From Candidatus Aldehydirespirator sp. (GTDB lineage: Bacteria > Actinomycetota > Acidimicrobiia > Acidimicrobiales > Aldehydirespiratoraceae): 64,000 bases of DNA. Shown here in pieces: positions 49,737 through 59,728 of the stretch (position 1 is its first letter; each line of letters opens with the position of its first letter). The notes beneath the pieces were generated by a model. That model did no database searches and was not told where the DNA came from. It saw nothing but the letters and a program-made list of their open reading frames with translations. The translations under genes and the position numbers were made by a program. The stretch spans positions 3,505,605 through 3,569,604 of the forward strand of contig OZ252146.1 of assembly GCA_965248735.1 (NCBI GenBank), read 5' to 3'.

Positions 49737-52280
49737 ATGAGCCCGAGACTGCCTGCCGGCGTCGCTCCCCGGCACTACGCCATTGAACTGGAGCCCGACC
49801 TTGAGGCTGCGACCTTCGCGGGAAGCGTCGCAATCGATATCGACGTCACCGAGCCGGCGGGCTCGATCGTGTTGAACGCGGCGGAGCTGAGCATCGTCAA
49901 CGCTCAACTCGACGCCGCGGGCGACGAGGCCGTCGAGCTCGACTGCTCCCTTGATGAGGAGTCGGAGCGCCTGACGCTGTCCCGGCGAAACGGCGGGGGC
50001 GAGTTCGCCGCAGGGCCGGCCCGGCTGGACATCTCCTTCACAGGGGTGCTCAATGACCAGCTCCACGGCTTCTACCGCTCCACCTACACCGACGATGCCG
50101 GCGCCATCCACACCATCGCCACCACCCAGTTCGAGTCCACCGACGCCCGGCGGGCCTTCCCCTGCTTCGACGAACCCGCGCTGAAGGCCACCTTCGCGAC
50201 AACGCTGGTGGTGGACGAGGGCCTGCTGGCGGTGTCCAACACGGCCGAGACCGGCCGCGAGCCGCTCAGCGACGGCCGGGTGAGGGTCAGCTTCGCCCCC
50301 ACCATGGTGATGTCCACGTACCTGGTGGCCTTCGTGGTCGGCCCGCTGGAGGCCACCGACGCGATCGACTGCGGCGGGGTGCCCGTGCGGGCGATCCACC
50401 GGCCCGGCCGGGGCGACCAGACCGGCTTCGCTCTGAACGTGGCCGCCCACGCGCTGGAGTGGTACTCCGACTACTACGGCCTGCCCTATCCCTCCGACAA
50501 GCTCGATCTGGTAGCCATCCCCGACTTCGCGTTCGGTGCCATGGAGAACCTCGGCTGCGTGACCTTCCGGGAAGTGCTCCTGCTGGTCGACGAAACCGCG
50601 GCGAGCCAGCCCGAGCTGCAGAGGGTGGCCGACGTGATCAACCACGAGCTGGCCCACATGTGGTTCGGCGACCTTGTGACCATGGCCTGGTGGGAGGGCA
50701 TCTGGCTCAACGAGGCCTTCGCCACGTTCATGGAGACGGCCTGCACCGACGGCTACCGGCCCGACTGGAAGGTCTGGTCGACGTTCTGCCGCAGCCGTGC
50801 CTCCGCGCTGTCGACCGACGCCCTCGGCAACACCAGGGCGGTGGAGTACCCGGTGCACTCCCCCGCCGAGGCCGAGGACATGTTCGACGTGATCACCTAC
50901 GAGAAGGGCGCGGCCCTGGTCCGCATGCTGGAGCAGTATCTCGGTGCGGAGACGTTCCGGGCCGGGGTGCGCCTCTACCTGCGGCGGCACGCCTACGCCA
51001 ACACCGTGACCGCGGACCTGTGGGACGCGCTGGCTGAAGCGTCGGGTCAGCCCGTGCGACAGATCATGGAGGGCTGGATACTCCAGGGCGGGCATCCATC
51101 GGTGAGCGCCACCAACACCGGGCACGGCCTCGAAGTGGCCCAGCGCCACTTCACCCTCGACCCCGGTCGGGCCGACGAACGCAGTTGGGTGGTCCCGCTG
51201 CGGCTGCGGGTGCGGCAGCCCGAGGGCGACCGGCGTGAGCTGAGACTTCTGCTCGACCAGGCCCGCCGGACCCTGACCGTCGCCGCATCCGAGGTGGTGA
51301 CGCTGAACAGCCGCGCCTCCGGCTTCTACCGCGAGGAAGTGCCCGCCGAGGTCCTCGCCGCCGTCTCCGCGGCTGGACCCGGGGACCGCAACGCCGAGGA
51401 GCGCCACGGCCTGATCGACGACGCATGGGCCGCGACCCTGGCCGGAAGACTCAACTCGCCGGCCCTCCTCGATCTTGTGCTGACTGGCTTCACCGGCGAG
51501 CGAGACCTCACCGTGTGGCAGGCAATCGCCGGTGCGCTGGGCCACCTCCGCAGGCTGCTCGACGGCGACGCCGCACAGCGCTTCGGCGAACTCGTCGCCG
51601 CGTCCAGCGACCCCGCCGCGACCGAGATGGGGATCGACCCGGCGCCCGAGGGGGACGAGGACGACCGCACCAGGGAGCTGCGAGCAACCCTGGTGCGGCT
51701 GCGGGGCGCAACCGCGGACCACCCGGCCACGATCGAGGCGTGCCAACAGAGGCTCGACCACCCGGACCCCACGCTGGCCGCGGCCGCCCTAGCCGTGGTG
51801 GCGGCCCACGGAGACGCCGCCGACTTCGCCCGGATCCGCCAGCGCTTCGAGAAGGCGTCGGATCCCCAGACCGAGCAGCGCCACCTCGCCGCCCTGGCCG
51901 ACTTTCCCGACGCCGAACTCGTGCGCTCCATCCTGGAGGGCACCCTCGACGGCTCGGTGCGCACCCAGGACGGGCCCTACCTGATCCGCCGCGCCCTCGC
52001 CAACCGACGCTGCGGACCCGACGCGTGGGACTTCCTGGCTGAGCACTGGGACCGTCTCCTCGCGATCTTCCCGACCAACTACTCGCTGGCCCGGATGCTG
52101 GAGGGCGTGACCGCGCTCGACCGGGCGGCGCTGGCCGCCCGGGTGCGAGACTTCATGGCCGCGCACCCGTTGCCCCAGGGGACGAAGCAGGTTGCCCAGC
52201 ACTTGGAGCGGCTCGACATCAACGTCGCTCTGCGGGCCCGCGAGTCCGATCGTCTCGCAGAAGCGGTACTCAGCCGCTGA
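49737..52280 (+). CDS. pepN: aminopeptidase N (M1 family)
   Basis: GAMENLG exopeptidase motif and HELAHMWFGD...E zinc motif. 847 aa. Confidence 0.93.
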   Translation: MSPRLPAGVAPRHYAIELEPDLEAATFAGSVAIDIDVTEPAGSIVLNAAELSIVNAQLDAAGDEAVELDCSLDEESERLTLSRRNGGGEFAAGPARLDISFTGVLNDQLHGFYRSTYTDDAGAIHTIATTQFESTDARRAFPCFDEPALKATFATTLVVDEGLLAVSNTAETGREPLSDGRVRVSFAPTMVMSTYLVAFVVGPLEATDAIDCGGVPVRAIHRPGRGDQTGFALNVAAHALEWYSDYYGLPYPSDKLDLVAIPDFAFGAMENLGCVTFREVLLLVDETAASQPELQRVADVINHELAHMWFGDLVTMAWWEGIWLNEAFATFMETACTDGYRPDWKVWSTFCRSRASALSTDALGNTRAVEYPVHSPAEAEDMFDVITYEKGAALVRMLEQYLGAETFRAGVRLYLRRHAYANTVTADLWDALAEASGQPVRQIMEGWILQGGHPSVSATNTGHGLEVAQRHFTLDPGRADERSWVVPLRLRVRQPEGDRRELRLLLDQARRTLTVAASEVVTLNSRASGFYREEVPAEVLAAVSAAGPGDRNAEERHGLIDDAWAATLAGRLNSPALLDLVLTGFTGERDLTVWQAIAGALGHLRRLLDGDAAQRFGELVAASSDPAATEMGIDPAPEGDEDDRTRELRATLVRLRGATADHPATIEACQQRLDHPDPTLAAAALAVVAAHGDAADFARIRQRFEKASDPQTEQRHLAALADFPDAELVRSILEGTLDGSVRTQDGPYLIRRALANRRCGPDAWDFLAEHWDRLLAIFPTNYSLARMLEGVTALDRAALAARVRDFMAAHPLPQGTKQVAQHLERLDINVALRARESDRLAEAVLSR

Positions 52281-52432
52281 GGCTAGAGGCCGAGCGGATG
52301 GGCGACACTTCACGTCGAATCTCGCAAGGTGTTGAGCGAGGCCGTGGCCCGAGCGGCCCGTGAGCGCAGCGAACAAGAGCGGGAAACACAACTCCTAACC
52401 GCGAGGCGCTCACCACCTATCCGCGCATGTTC

Positions 52433-53380
52433 TCAGACCAGGCCGAGCCGGCCCCGGGCGTCGGCAACATCGAGGGCGAGCTGCTCAGAGAGGTGCTCCA
52501 GCCCCTCGAACTTGCGCTCGCTCCGCAGGAAGTCGACGAACTCCACTCGCACCTCGCACCCGTACAGGTCGCCGTCGAAGTCGATGACGTGGACCTCCAG
52601 GAGCGACTGCTGAGCGTGCTCGTAGAAGGTGGGACGGCGGCCGATGTTGATGGCGCAGCCCCGCCGGCTGCCGTCCGGCAGCGTGCACCATCCCGCGTAG
52701 ACGGCGTCGGCCGGCCAGGCCATGGCTTTGGGAACGGGCACGTTGGCGGTAGGGAACCCGACCGTCACCCCTCGCCGGTCCCCGGGAACGACCTTGCCGC
52801 GCACCTCGTAGTAGCGCCCCAGCATGGCCGCGGCCCGAGCCACGTCGCCGCCGGCGAGGGCCCTGCGCACGGTCGTCGACGACACCGGCTCGCGGGCGTC
52901 GCTGCGGTGGCGTATGAGCTCTAGGGGAACCACCTCGAAGCCCCACTCGCGGCCTAGGCGCTCCAGCTCGGCCACGTTGCCGGTGCGGCCCTTGCCGAAG
53001 TGGAAGTCCTCCCCCACCACCACGGCCCGGGCGTGGAGGGCATCGAGGAACACCTGCTCGACGAACTCCTCGGGCCGGGTATCGGCCCGAGCCTCGTCGA
53101 ACTCGATGACGTAGCAGTAGTCGAGGCCGGTGGCCTCCAGCAGTTCGAGCTTCTGCTCAAGCGTCGTGAGCAGCTTCGGCGCGTTCTCCGGGCGAACCAC
53201 ATAGGCCGGATGGGTGTCGAAGGTGACGACCGCCGACGCGACGTCAAGGCGCCCGGCGGTCTCACGGACCCGGGTCAGCACCTCCCGATGGCCAAGGTGC
53301 ACCCCGTCGAACACGCCTATGGTCGCCGCGGCTGACACCGTGGGGGGCAGTTGATCGCGCCGATCATGCAGCAACTCCAC
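52433..53380 (-). CDS. ribF: bifunctional riboflavin kinase / FMN adenylyltransferase
   Basis: GVFDGVHLGHREVL (FAD synthetase) and GFPTANV (riboflavin kinase) motifs. Conserved position next to truB. Confidence 0.92.
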   Translation of the reverse strand: MELLHDRRDQLPPTVSAAATIGVFDGVHLGHREVLTRVRETAGRLDVASAVVTFDTHPAYVVRPENAPKLLTTLEQKLELLEATGLDYCYVIEFDEARADTRPEEFVEQVFLDALHARAVVVGEDFHFGKGRTGNVAELERLGREWGFEVVPLELIRHRSDAREPVSSTTVRRALAGGDVARAAAMLGRYYEVRGKVVPGDRRGVTVGFPTANVPVPKAMAWPADAVYAGWCTLPDGSRRGCAINIGRRPTFYEHAQQSLLEVHVIDFDGDLYGCEVRVEFVDFLRSERKFEGLEHLSEQLALDVADARGRLGLV

Positions 53381-53453
53381 AAACGCCTCCAGCGCGGATA
53401 GTGGGTGTTCCGGGACCTGAGCCGGCTCGTGAGAGGCTACCGAGGCCGGTGCT

Positions 53454-54320
53454 CTACCTCACACCCGCCACGACCACCGCAGGCTTCGCGCCCTCTCGAA
53501 ACGGCTCGTAGACCGCGAGCAGTCCGCCCTCGGAGTCGTGCACCGCCCACGGGCCGGCGCCCGCCGCGCCCAGGCGGTCGAGGTCCAGAACCCGGCCGTG
53601 GGCCACCTCCGCGGCCACTGCGGGACCCACCCGCACACCCGACAAGTGCTCGACGGACCTCGACATCGGCAGGACCTCGGGCGACTCCACCGGACGGGCC
53701 TGAGCCAGCCCGAAGCCTCCCACCGCGGTGCGGCGGAGGCATCTCAAGTGGGCGCCCCCTCCGAGCGCCCGGCCCAGATCCGCGGCCAGCACCCGCACGT
53801 AGGTGCCCGACGAGCACTCCACGGCGGCGCGGAGCACGCCCTCGCGGCCTGGCGCTGAGGCCACCTCGAAGCGGTAGACCGTGACGGGCCGCGGCTTGCG
53901 CTCCACCTCCACACCCTCCCTGGCCAGCTCGTGGAGCCTCCGCCCTCCCACCTTCACCGCCGAGACCATGGGCGGCACCTGAAGGATGTCGCCGGTCAAC
54001 GAGGCGGCCGCTTGGCGCGCTTGAGTCTCGCTCACGCCGTCCATCCGGTGGCGTGCCGTCACCCGTCCCGCCGAATCGAGGGTGTCGGTCTCGACTCCGA
54101 GCACGATCTCCGCCTCGTAGCTCTTGGGCAGCTCGGTGAGGAACCGCAGCAGCCGGGTGGCCCGGCCGATTCCGAGCACGAGAACTCCGGTGGCGTCGGG
54201 ATCGAGGGTGCCGCTGTGCCCCACCTTGCGGGTGCCCAGCACGCCCCTCGCCTTGGCCACCACGTCATGGCTGGTCCACCCCGCCGGCTTGTCTATTACT
54301 GCGATCCCGTCAAGCAGCAT
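53454..54320 (-). CDS. truB: tRNA pseudouridine(55) synthase
   Basis: HSGTLDPDATGVLVLG catalytic motif. Synteny with rbfA and ribF. Confidence 0.92.
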   Translation of the reverse strand: MLLDGIAVIDKPAGWTSHDVVAKARGVLGTRKVGHSGTLDPDATGVLVLGIGRATRLLRFLTELPKSYEAEIVLGVETDTLDSAGRVTARHRMDGVSETQARQAAASLTGDILQVPPMVSAVKVGGRRLHELAREGVEVERKPRPVTVYRFEVASAPGREGVLRAAVECSSGTYVRVLAADLGRALGGGAHLRCLRRTAVGGFGLAQARPVESPEVLPMSRSVEHLSGVRVGPAVAAEVAHGRVLDLDRLGAAGAGPWAVHDSEGGLLAVYEPFREGAKPAVVVAGVR

Positions 54321-54443
54321 CAGCTGGCGGGATCCGCAGCGCGGGCCATACCGTCGAGCACTGTCAGCTCTCCGGATCGGCGGCGCCGGCCATACCGTCG
54401 CTCTCCGGATCCGCAGCGCGGGCCATACCGTCGAGCACTGTCA
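54320..54443 (-). repeat. duplicated rbfA/truB junction (77 + 41 nt) with two relay mini-ORFs
   Basis: GTG 54438..TGA 54364 encodes VLDGMARAADPESDGMAGAADPES. GTG 54361..TGA 54320 encodes VLDGMARAADPAS. The last TGA shares its A with the truB ATG. Heads resemble the truB start MLLDGI and tails resemble the rbfA end LLDGMAGAADPES. Confidence 0.85.
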
Positions 54444-54842
54444 GCTCTCCGGATCGGCGGCGCCGGCCATACCGTCGAGCAGCCTCTCTATGCGTTCGGC
54501 CGAGCGCAGCGCGGTGTCCGGGCGGAACACCAGCTCGGGTGTGCGCCGCAGCCGGGTCTGGTCCCCGACGGTGCGCCGCAGTTCGCCAGCGTGTTCCTCG
54601 AAGGCCTCGGCTATGTCGATGTCGCCGTCGTCGTCGTCGGTATCGCCCAGCGACGTGAACCACACCACTGCTCGGTGCAGGTCACGGTCCACATCCACGG
54701 ATGTCACCGACACCATGGCCAGCCGGTCATCGTCCAGTTGCTCCATGGACTCGGCGACTATGCGCCTGATGAGCTCGCCTACCCGGGCGGTGCGGTGACC
54801 GGCCCGGTGGTCGGGCTGGGAGCGTCTCGTGCGTCGTGTCAT
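54441..54842 (-). CDS. rbfA: ribosome-binding factor A
   Basis: RVGELIRRIVAESMEQL...VSVTSVDVDRDLHRAVVWF is typical of RbfA. Synteny between infB and truB. Confidence 0.88.
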   Translation of the reverse strand: MTRRTRRSQPDHRAGHRTARVGELIRRIVAESMEQLDDDRLAMVSVTSVDVDRDLHRAVVWFTSLGDTDDDDGDIDIAEAFEEHAGELRRTVGDQTRLRRTPELVFRPDTALRSAERIERLLDGMAGAADPES

Positions 54843-54870
54843 CGGTTGTCTCGGACCGCGTGCGGGCCCC

Positions 54871-57639
54871 TCACCCCTCGAGGGTTCGGGCCACCTCGCG
54901 CTCGGTGTAGGTCTCGATGACGTCGCCCGCTTTGAGGTCCTGGAAGTTGCTCAGGCCTATGCCGCACTCGAAACCGGACTGAACCTCGCGGACATCGTCG
55001 GAGAAGCGCTTGAGCGACGTGATGGTCCCCTTCCAGATGATCGTCTGATCGCGCAGGAACCGCACGCTGGATCCCCTGGTGATGGTGCCGTTCTGCACGT
55101 AGCAGCCCGCCACCGCACCCACGCGGGGGATGCGGAAGACCTGACGCACCTCGGCATCGCCCGTCACGATCTCCTCGATGTCGGGGGCCAGCATCCCGAC
55201 CATCGCCGAGGACACGTCCTCGAGGAGCTTGTAGATGATCTCGTAGGTGCGGATCTCCACGTTCTCGGCGTCGGCGGCCTCGCGGGCCTTGCGGTCGGGT
55301 CGGACATTGAACCCGATGATGGTCGCGTTCGAGGCCGAGGCCAGCTGGATGTCGCTCTCGTTGATGCCGCCGACGCCGCGGTGCACGATGGCGATGCGGA
55401 CGTCCCCGGTCGCTAGCTTGCGCAGGCTCTCGGTGACGGCTTCGAGCGAGCCGTTCACATCGGCCTTCACGATGGCGTTCAGAGTGGCGGTCTCGCCCCG
55501 CTGGATCCGAGTGAAGAGATCCTCGAGCTTGGCCCCGCCCGACAGGGTGTGCGCCTCGCGGCCCAGGCTCGACAGCCGCTGCCAGTGCTCACGGGTGTCG
55601 GCCACCCGGCCCGCGATCTTCTCGTTGGGAGCCACCGCGAAGGCGTCACCCGCGATCGCGACCTCCGACAGGCCCAGGACCTGGACCGGTGCGGACGGCG
55701 GAGCCGCGCCGACATTCTGGCCCAGCTCGTCGAGCAGGGCCCGGACCCGGCCCCAGGCCGCTCCCGCGACCACCGGGTCGCCCACCCGCAGCGTGCCCCG
55801 CTGCACCAGCACAGTGGCCACCGGACCCAGCCCGATGTCGAGGTTCGACTCGAGCACGACACCTCCCGCTCGGCCCTCCGGCAAAGCTCGGAACTCCTCG
55901 ACCTCAGCCACCAGCAGGATCTGATCCAGCAACTCCTCGATGCCCTCGCCGGTCAGGGCCGAGATCTCGCAGTAGATCGTGTCCCCGCCCCAGACTTCGG
56001 GAACCAGTCCCTGCTCGGCCACCCCAGCCACCGTCCTCTGCGTGTCGGCGTTCGGTCGGTCGATCTTGTTCACGGCCACAACGATGGGAACGTCGGCAGC
56101 CTTAGCGTGGTTGATGGCTTCTACCGTCTGGGGCATCACGCCGTCGTCGGCCGCCACCACCAGAACCACGATGTCGGTGGCGCTCGCGCCCCGGGCCCGC
56201 ATCGCAGTGAACGCCTCGTGGCCCGGAGTGTCTATGAACGTGAGTGTCCGGCCGTTGCGCTCGACCTGGTAGGCGCCGATGTGCTGAGTGATCCCGCCCG
56301 CCTCGCCGTCAACCACATTGGTGTCGCGGATGCGGTCCAGCAGCAGGGTCTTGCCATGGTCCACATGGCCCATGACCGTCACTACCGGAGGCCGAAGCGG
56401 CGCCTCGTCGGTGTCGTCGGCGTCGCCATCGATGCCGAGGAGCTTGCGGAGCTCGACCTCCTGCTCCTCGCCCGGATCGACAAGCCTGATCTCGGCATCG
56501 ATCTCCGCCGCGAAGAGCTCCATCATCTCGTCACTCAGCGACTGGGTGGCGGTGACCATCTCGCCGTGCTGCATGAGGAAGCGGACCACATCGGCGGCGG
56601 TGCGGTTCAGTTTGGGGCCGAAGTCCTGGGCCGCTGAGGCCCGTTCGACCACCACCACGCCCGGCGGTACCGCCGCATGACGGGGCGTGTAGGTCGGAAT
56701 GTCCATCGGCTGGAGCTCTTCACGCACCCGGCGCCGACGGCTCTTGCGTCGGGGCGGGCGCCGCTGCGCGCCGCCGGGACCGCCTCTGCCAGGTGGGCGG
56801 CCCCCGGGTCCCGGCGCTCCGGGGCGCGGCCCGCCGAGAGGGCGAGGGGCCGCCGCGGGCGCGCCGCGGCGAGCGCCCGCGCCGCGATCGGGCCCGCCCG
56901 AGGGCCGGAACCCCGTGGGACGGGCACCCGGACCTGCGGACCGGCGCTCGGCAGCCGAGGCGCCGGGCCGCGTCGGGCCGCCCGGAGGGGGAGGCGGGTG
57001 CAGGCGGCGCGGCGGAGGAGGGGGCGGGATGGGTTTGCCCGAACGCGAGACGGGCGGGATCCCCGACCTGAGGGAGCGGGCCGGAGGGGCGCTGGCGGGC
57101 GCCCTCTGACCAGCCTGCCTCTGCAGTGGCGGCTCTTCGGCCGGGGGCTGGGGTTCGTCTCGGACGACACGCTTGGCCGGGGCGACGCTACCGCTCGAGG
57201 AGATCGTCACCCTGGGTTTGGGCGCGCTCTGTTCCCTCCTGGCCGCGGCCGGAGGGGCCTTCGCCACCCGTGGCCCATCGGAACCGGCCAGCGGCGCGGC
57301 CCGCTTTTGCTGCTCAACGGGCTTGTCGGGCCGCAAGACGGCTGGGCTCTCGGCTGGCGGGGGCGGAGGCTTCCTGGCCGCGGCGGGCTGGGAACGCACA
57401 GGCTCGTCATGCGGCTCCGGGGCCACCGGCGCCGCGAGTTCAACCACCGGCGGCGGGGGCGGCGGCTTCAGCAAACCGTCGCGCTGTGCCCTTCGCCGGA
57501 CGCGGTCGGCTTGGGCTTCGACAATGCTTGAGGAGTGGGACTTGACCCCGATGCTGAGCGCGAAGCAGAGTTCGAGCGTCTCCTGATTGGTCAACCCGAG
57601 TTCTTTGGCGAGCTCATGGACGCGGATCTTGCCTGGCAA
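54871..57639 (-). CDS. infB: translation initiation factor IF-2
   Basis: GHVDHGKT and DTPGHEAF GTPase motifs, the Pro/Ala/Gly/Arg-rich N-terminal region usual for high-GC Gram-positives, and a TTG start after GAAGGGGG. Confidence 0.95.
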   Translation of the reverse strand: MPGKIRVHELAKELGLTNQETLELCFALSIGVKSHSSSIVEAQADRVRRRAQRDGLLKPPPPPPVVELAAPVAPEPHDEPVRSQPAAARKPPPPPAESPAVLRPDKPVEQQKRAAPLAGSDGPRVAKAPPAAARREQSAPKPRVTISSSGSVAPAKRVVRDEPQPPAEEPPLQRQAGQRAPASAPPARSLRSGIPPVSRSGKPIPPPPPPRRLHPPPPPGGPTRPGASAAERRSAGPGARPTGFRPSGGPDRGAGARRGAPAAAPRPLGGPRPGAPGPGGRPPGRGGPGGAQRRPPRRKSRRRRVREELQPMDIPTYTPRHAAVPPGVVVVERASAAQDFGPKLNRTAADVVRFLMQHGEMVTATQSLSDEMMELFAAEIDAEIRLVDPGEEQEVELRKLLGIDGDADDTDEAPLRPPVVTVMGHVDHGKTLLLDRIRDTNVVDGEAGGITQHIGAYQVERNGRTLTFIDTPGHEAFTAMRARGASATDIVVLVVAADDGVMPQTVEAINHAKAADVPIVVAVNKIDRPNADTQRTVAGVAEQGLVPEVWGGDTIYCEISALTGEGIEELLDQILLVAEVEEFRALPEGRAGGVVLESNLDIGLGPVATVLVQRGTLRVGDPVVAGAAWGRVRALLDELGQNVGAAPPSAPVQVLGLSEVAIAGDAFAVAPNEKIAGRVADTREHWQRLSSLGREAHTLSGGAKLEDLFTRIQRGETATLNAIVKADVNGSLEAVTESLRKLATGDVRIAIVHRGVGGINESDIQLASASNATIIGFNVRPDRKAREAADAENVEIRTYEIIYKLLEDVSSAMVGMLAPDIEEIVTGDAEVRQVFRIPRVGAVAGCYVQNGTITRGSSVRFLRDQTIIWKGTITSLKRFSDDVREVQSGFECGIGLSNFQDLKAGDVIETYTEREVARTLEG

Positions 57640-57651
57640 AGCGTGCCCCCT

Positions 57652-57939
57652 TCAGGACTGTGCCGCGCGGCTGCCCGGTCCGGGAGCGTCCCCGGGACCC
57701 GACGGCCACGCTTGTTGAAGCCTATCGATCTCGACCGGCTCAACGTCAGGCCGAAAAGCCCGCGCGAATGCTCGACGGCGCCGGGCCGCGTCCAAGCAGG
57801 CGATGTCGTCGCACAACCAGGCACCGCGCCCCGCCCCGGGGCCGAGGCGCAGAGCGCCGCCCGCGTCCATGCGCACGCGCCGCAACTCCGCGCTGGGCCG
57901 GCGAGTGCGGCAGCCGATGCAGGTGCGAACGGGGCTCAG
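57652..57939 (-). CDS. ylxR: YlxR/DUF448 family protein; start codon uncertain
   Basis: The conserved RTCIGCRTRR...ELRRV motif lies upstream of the track start (TTG 57885) and is in frame with it. The only candidate start is CTG 57939, which overlaps the nusA TGA (CTGA). Confidence 0.65.
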   Translation of the reverse strand: MSPVRTCIGCRTRRPSAELRRVRMDAGGALRLGPGAGRGAWLCDDIACLDAARRRRAFARAFRPDVEPVEIDRLQQAWPSGPGDAPGPGSRAAQS

Positions 57940-59108
57940 ACGCTCTCCGCCCGCTTCGCCGGGATCTCGGCCCCCTTGGCACCGGGGGCTTCGGCCCGGT
58001 CCTGGGCCGCGGCCTCGGCCCAGGCCTGGGCGCTGACAGCCTCGCCGCCATCAGCAGGCTGCCACAGCTGCTCTCCTGTGGCACGGTCGGTGATCCACTC
58101 TCCCTCGGCCCATTCCACGTCGCCGTAGGCCGCCTCCTCGGCCAGCTGGGTCTCGCTCTTGATGTTGATTCCCCAGCCGGTGAGCCGGCTGGCCAGGCGA
58201 GCGTTCTGGCCCTCCTTGCCGATGGCGAGCGAGAGCTGGTAGTCGGGGACGATCACGTCGCAGTCGCCGGTCAGCTCGTTGGGGCGGACCTCCTTGATCC
58301 TTGCCGGCGACAGCGCCTTGGTGACGAACTCCTGGAGCTCGCTGCTGTAAGGGACGATGTCGATCTTCTCGCCGCGCAGCTCGTTGACGACCTGGCGGAC
58401 CCTTGCTCCCCGGGCCCCCACGCACGCGCCCACCGGATCAACGTTCGGGTCGTTGGAGGACACCGCGATCTTGGTGCGGTGGCCCGGCTCGCGCGCGCAC
58501 GCCTTGATCTCCACTATGCCGTCCGCGATCTCGGGGACCTCGAGCTCGAACAGCCGCTTCACCAGACCGGGATGGGTGCGGCTGACCACAATCTGGGGCC
58601 CCTTGGCCGTCTTGCGGACCTCGACGATGTAGGCCTTGAGCCGGGTGTTGGAGTCGGGGCGCTCGTAGGGGACCTGCTCCGCCTGGGGCAGCAGGGCCTC
58701 GACTCTCCCCAGGTCGAGGAGGGTGTAGCGGGCGTCGGTCTGCTGGATCATGCCGGTGACGATGTCCCCCTCGCGGCCCGCGTACTCCTCGTACTTGAGC
58801 TCCCGCTCCGCCTCGCGGATGCGCTGGGTCATGACCTGGCGGGCGGTCTGGGCCGCGATGCGCCCGAAGTTGTTCGGCGTCACCTCGAACTCCTCGCCGA
58901 CCGGGTTGCCGTCGGCGTCCAAGTCCTGGGCCAGCACGCGGAACTCCAAGCTGGTGGGATCGATCGTCACCCAGGCGTACTCCTTGGCATCGGGCAGCCG
59001 CTTGTAGGCCGACTCCAGCGCATCGGCCAGGGCCGAGTACAGGGCGTCGACGGTGATGCCCCGCTCGGCCGCCATCGCCTGCAGCGCTTCCATCATCTCT
59101 GCGTTCAT
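57936..59108 (-). CDS. nusA: transcription termination/antitermination factor NusA
   Basis: N-terminal MEALQAMAAERGI, then S1 and KH regions. ATG 59108 follows GAGGAG and overlaps the rimP stop (ATGA). Confidence 0.95.
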   Translation of the reverse strand: MNAEMMEALQAMAAERGITVDALYSALADALESAYKRLPDAKEYAWVTIDPTSLEFRVLAQDLDADGNPVGEEFEVTPNNFGRIAAQTARQVMTQRIREAERELKYEEYAGREGDIVTGMIQQTDARYTLLDLGRVEALLPQAEQVPYERPDSNTRLKAYIVEVRKTAKGPQIVVSRTHPGLVKRLFELEVPEIADGIVEIKACAREPGHRTKIAVSSNDPNVDPVGACVGARGARVRQVVNELRGEKIDIVPYSSELQEFVTKALSPARIKEVRPNELTGDCDVIVPDYQLSLAIGKEGQNARLASRLTGWGINIKSETQLAEEAAYGDVEWAEGEWITDRATGEQLWQPADGGEAVSAQAWAEAAAQDRAEAPGAKGAEIPAKRAESV

Positions 59109-59608
59109 GGCTTCTCCTCGGTGTGGGCTCGTTGTTGGGACTCTTGTGGATCGCGGCGGCGCGGGCCCCACTCGAAGACGGTGCGGGCCGAGGCCAACTG
59201 CTCGAAGGCGATGCGGGACAGCTGGCCGTCATCGCCCCGCAAGTCGAAACCGTCGTCGGCCACGGCCTCCAGCACTCCGGTAAGCCGGCGGGGCCCCTCG
59301 AACCCGGGCCGGGTCTTGACTCTCACCTCGGAGCCCGCGGCCCGGCGGAAGTGATCGAGCGTGCGCAGGGGGCGCTCCAAGCCTGGGCTCGACACCTCCA
59401 GCGTGTACCGACCCGGTATGAGATCGTGCTCGTCAAGGGCGCGGCTTACCGACCGCGCCAGCCGGGCGATGACGTTCAAATCGATGCCGCCGTCGTTGTC
59501 GACGAGGACTCGCACGGTGCCTCCGTTGTGCTCTACGTCGTAGAGGTCGACCGAGGCGGCCTCAGCCAGCGGGGCAACAAGTTCGCGGACGCGATCGGTG
59601 ATCGCCAT
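59105..59608 (-). CDS. rimP: ribosome maturation factor RimP
   Basis: 167 aa with a typical RimP N-terminus (VRELVAPLAEAASVDLYDVE). Lies upstream of nusA. Confidence 0.88.
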   Translation of the reverse strand: MAITDRVRELVAPLAEAASVDLYDVEHNGGTVRVLVDNDGGIDLNVIARLARSVSRALDEHDLIPGRYTLEVSSPGLERPLRTLDHFRRAAGSEVRVKTRPGFEGPRRLTGVLEAVADDGFDLRGDDGQLSRIAFEQLASARTVFEWGPRRRDPQESQQRAHTEEKP

Positions 59609-59728
59609 GATATTCCCTGGGATTCTGCTCTCGGGGTGCTGCTCGAATCTGGGCCCGAACCGGCAACGGCGTGGGCACCAGCCCACGCCGCTTCCGCAGA
59701 ATCGAACGTGTCGGGAAGTATACCCGGG

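Noticed and set aside
49635-51761. 708-aa minus-strand ORF
   Set aside because: Antisense to pepN, which carries the GAMEN and HExxH-E motifs. The composition is that of a GC-rich shadow frame.
56650-57400. Repetitive Pro/Gly/Ala/Arg-rich stretch and overlapping ORFs (56607..57170, 56677..57531 and others)
   Set aside because: This is the usual low-complexity N-terminal region of IF-2 in GC-rich Gram-positives. The other frames are shadows.
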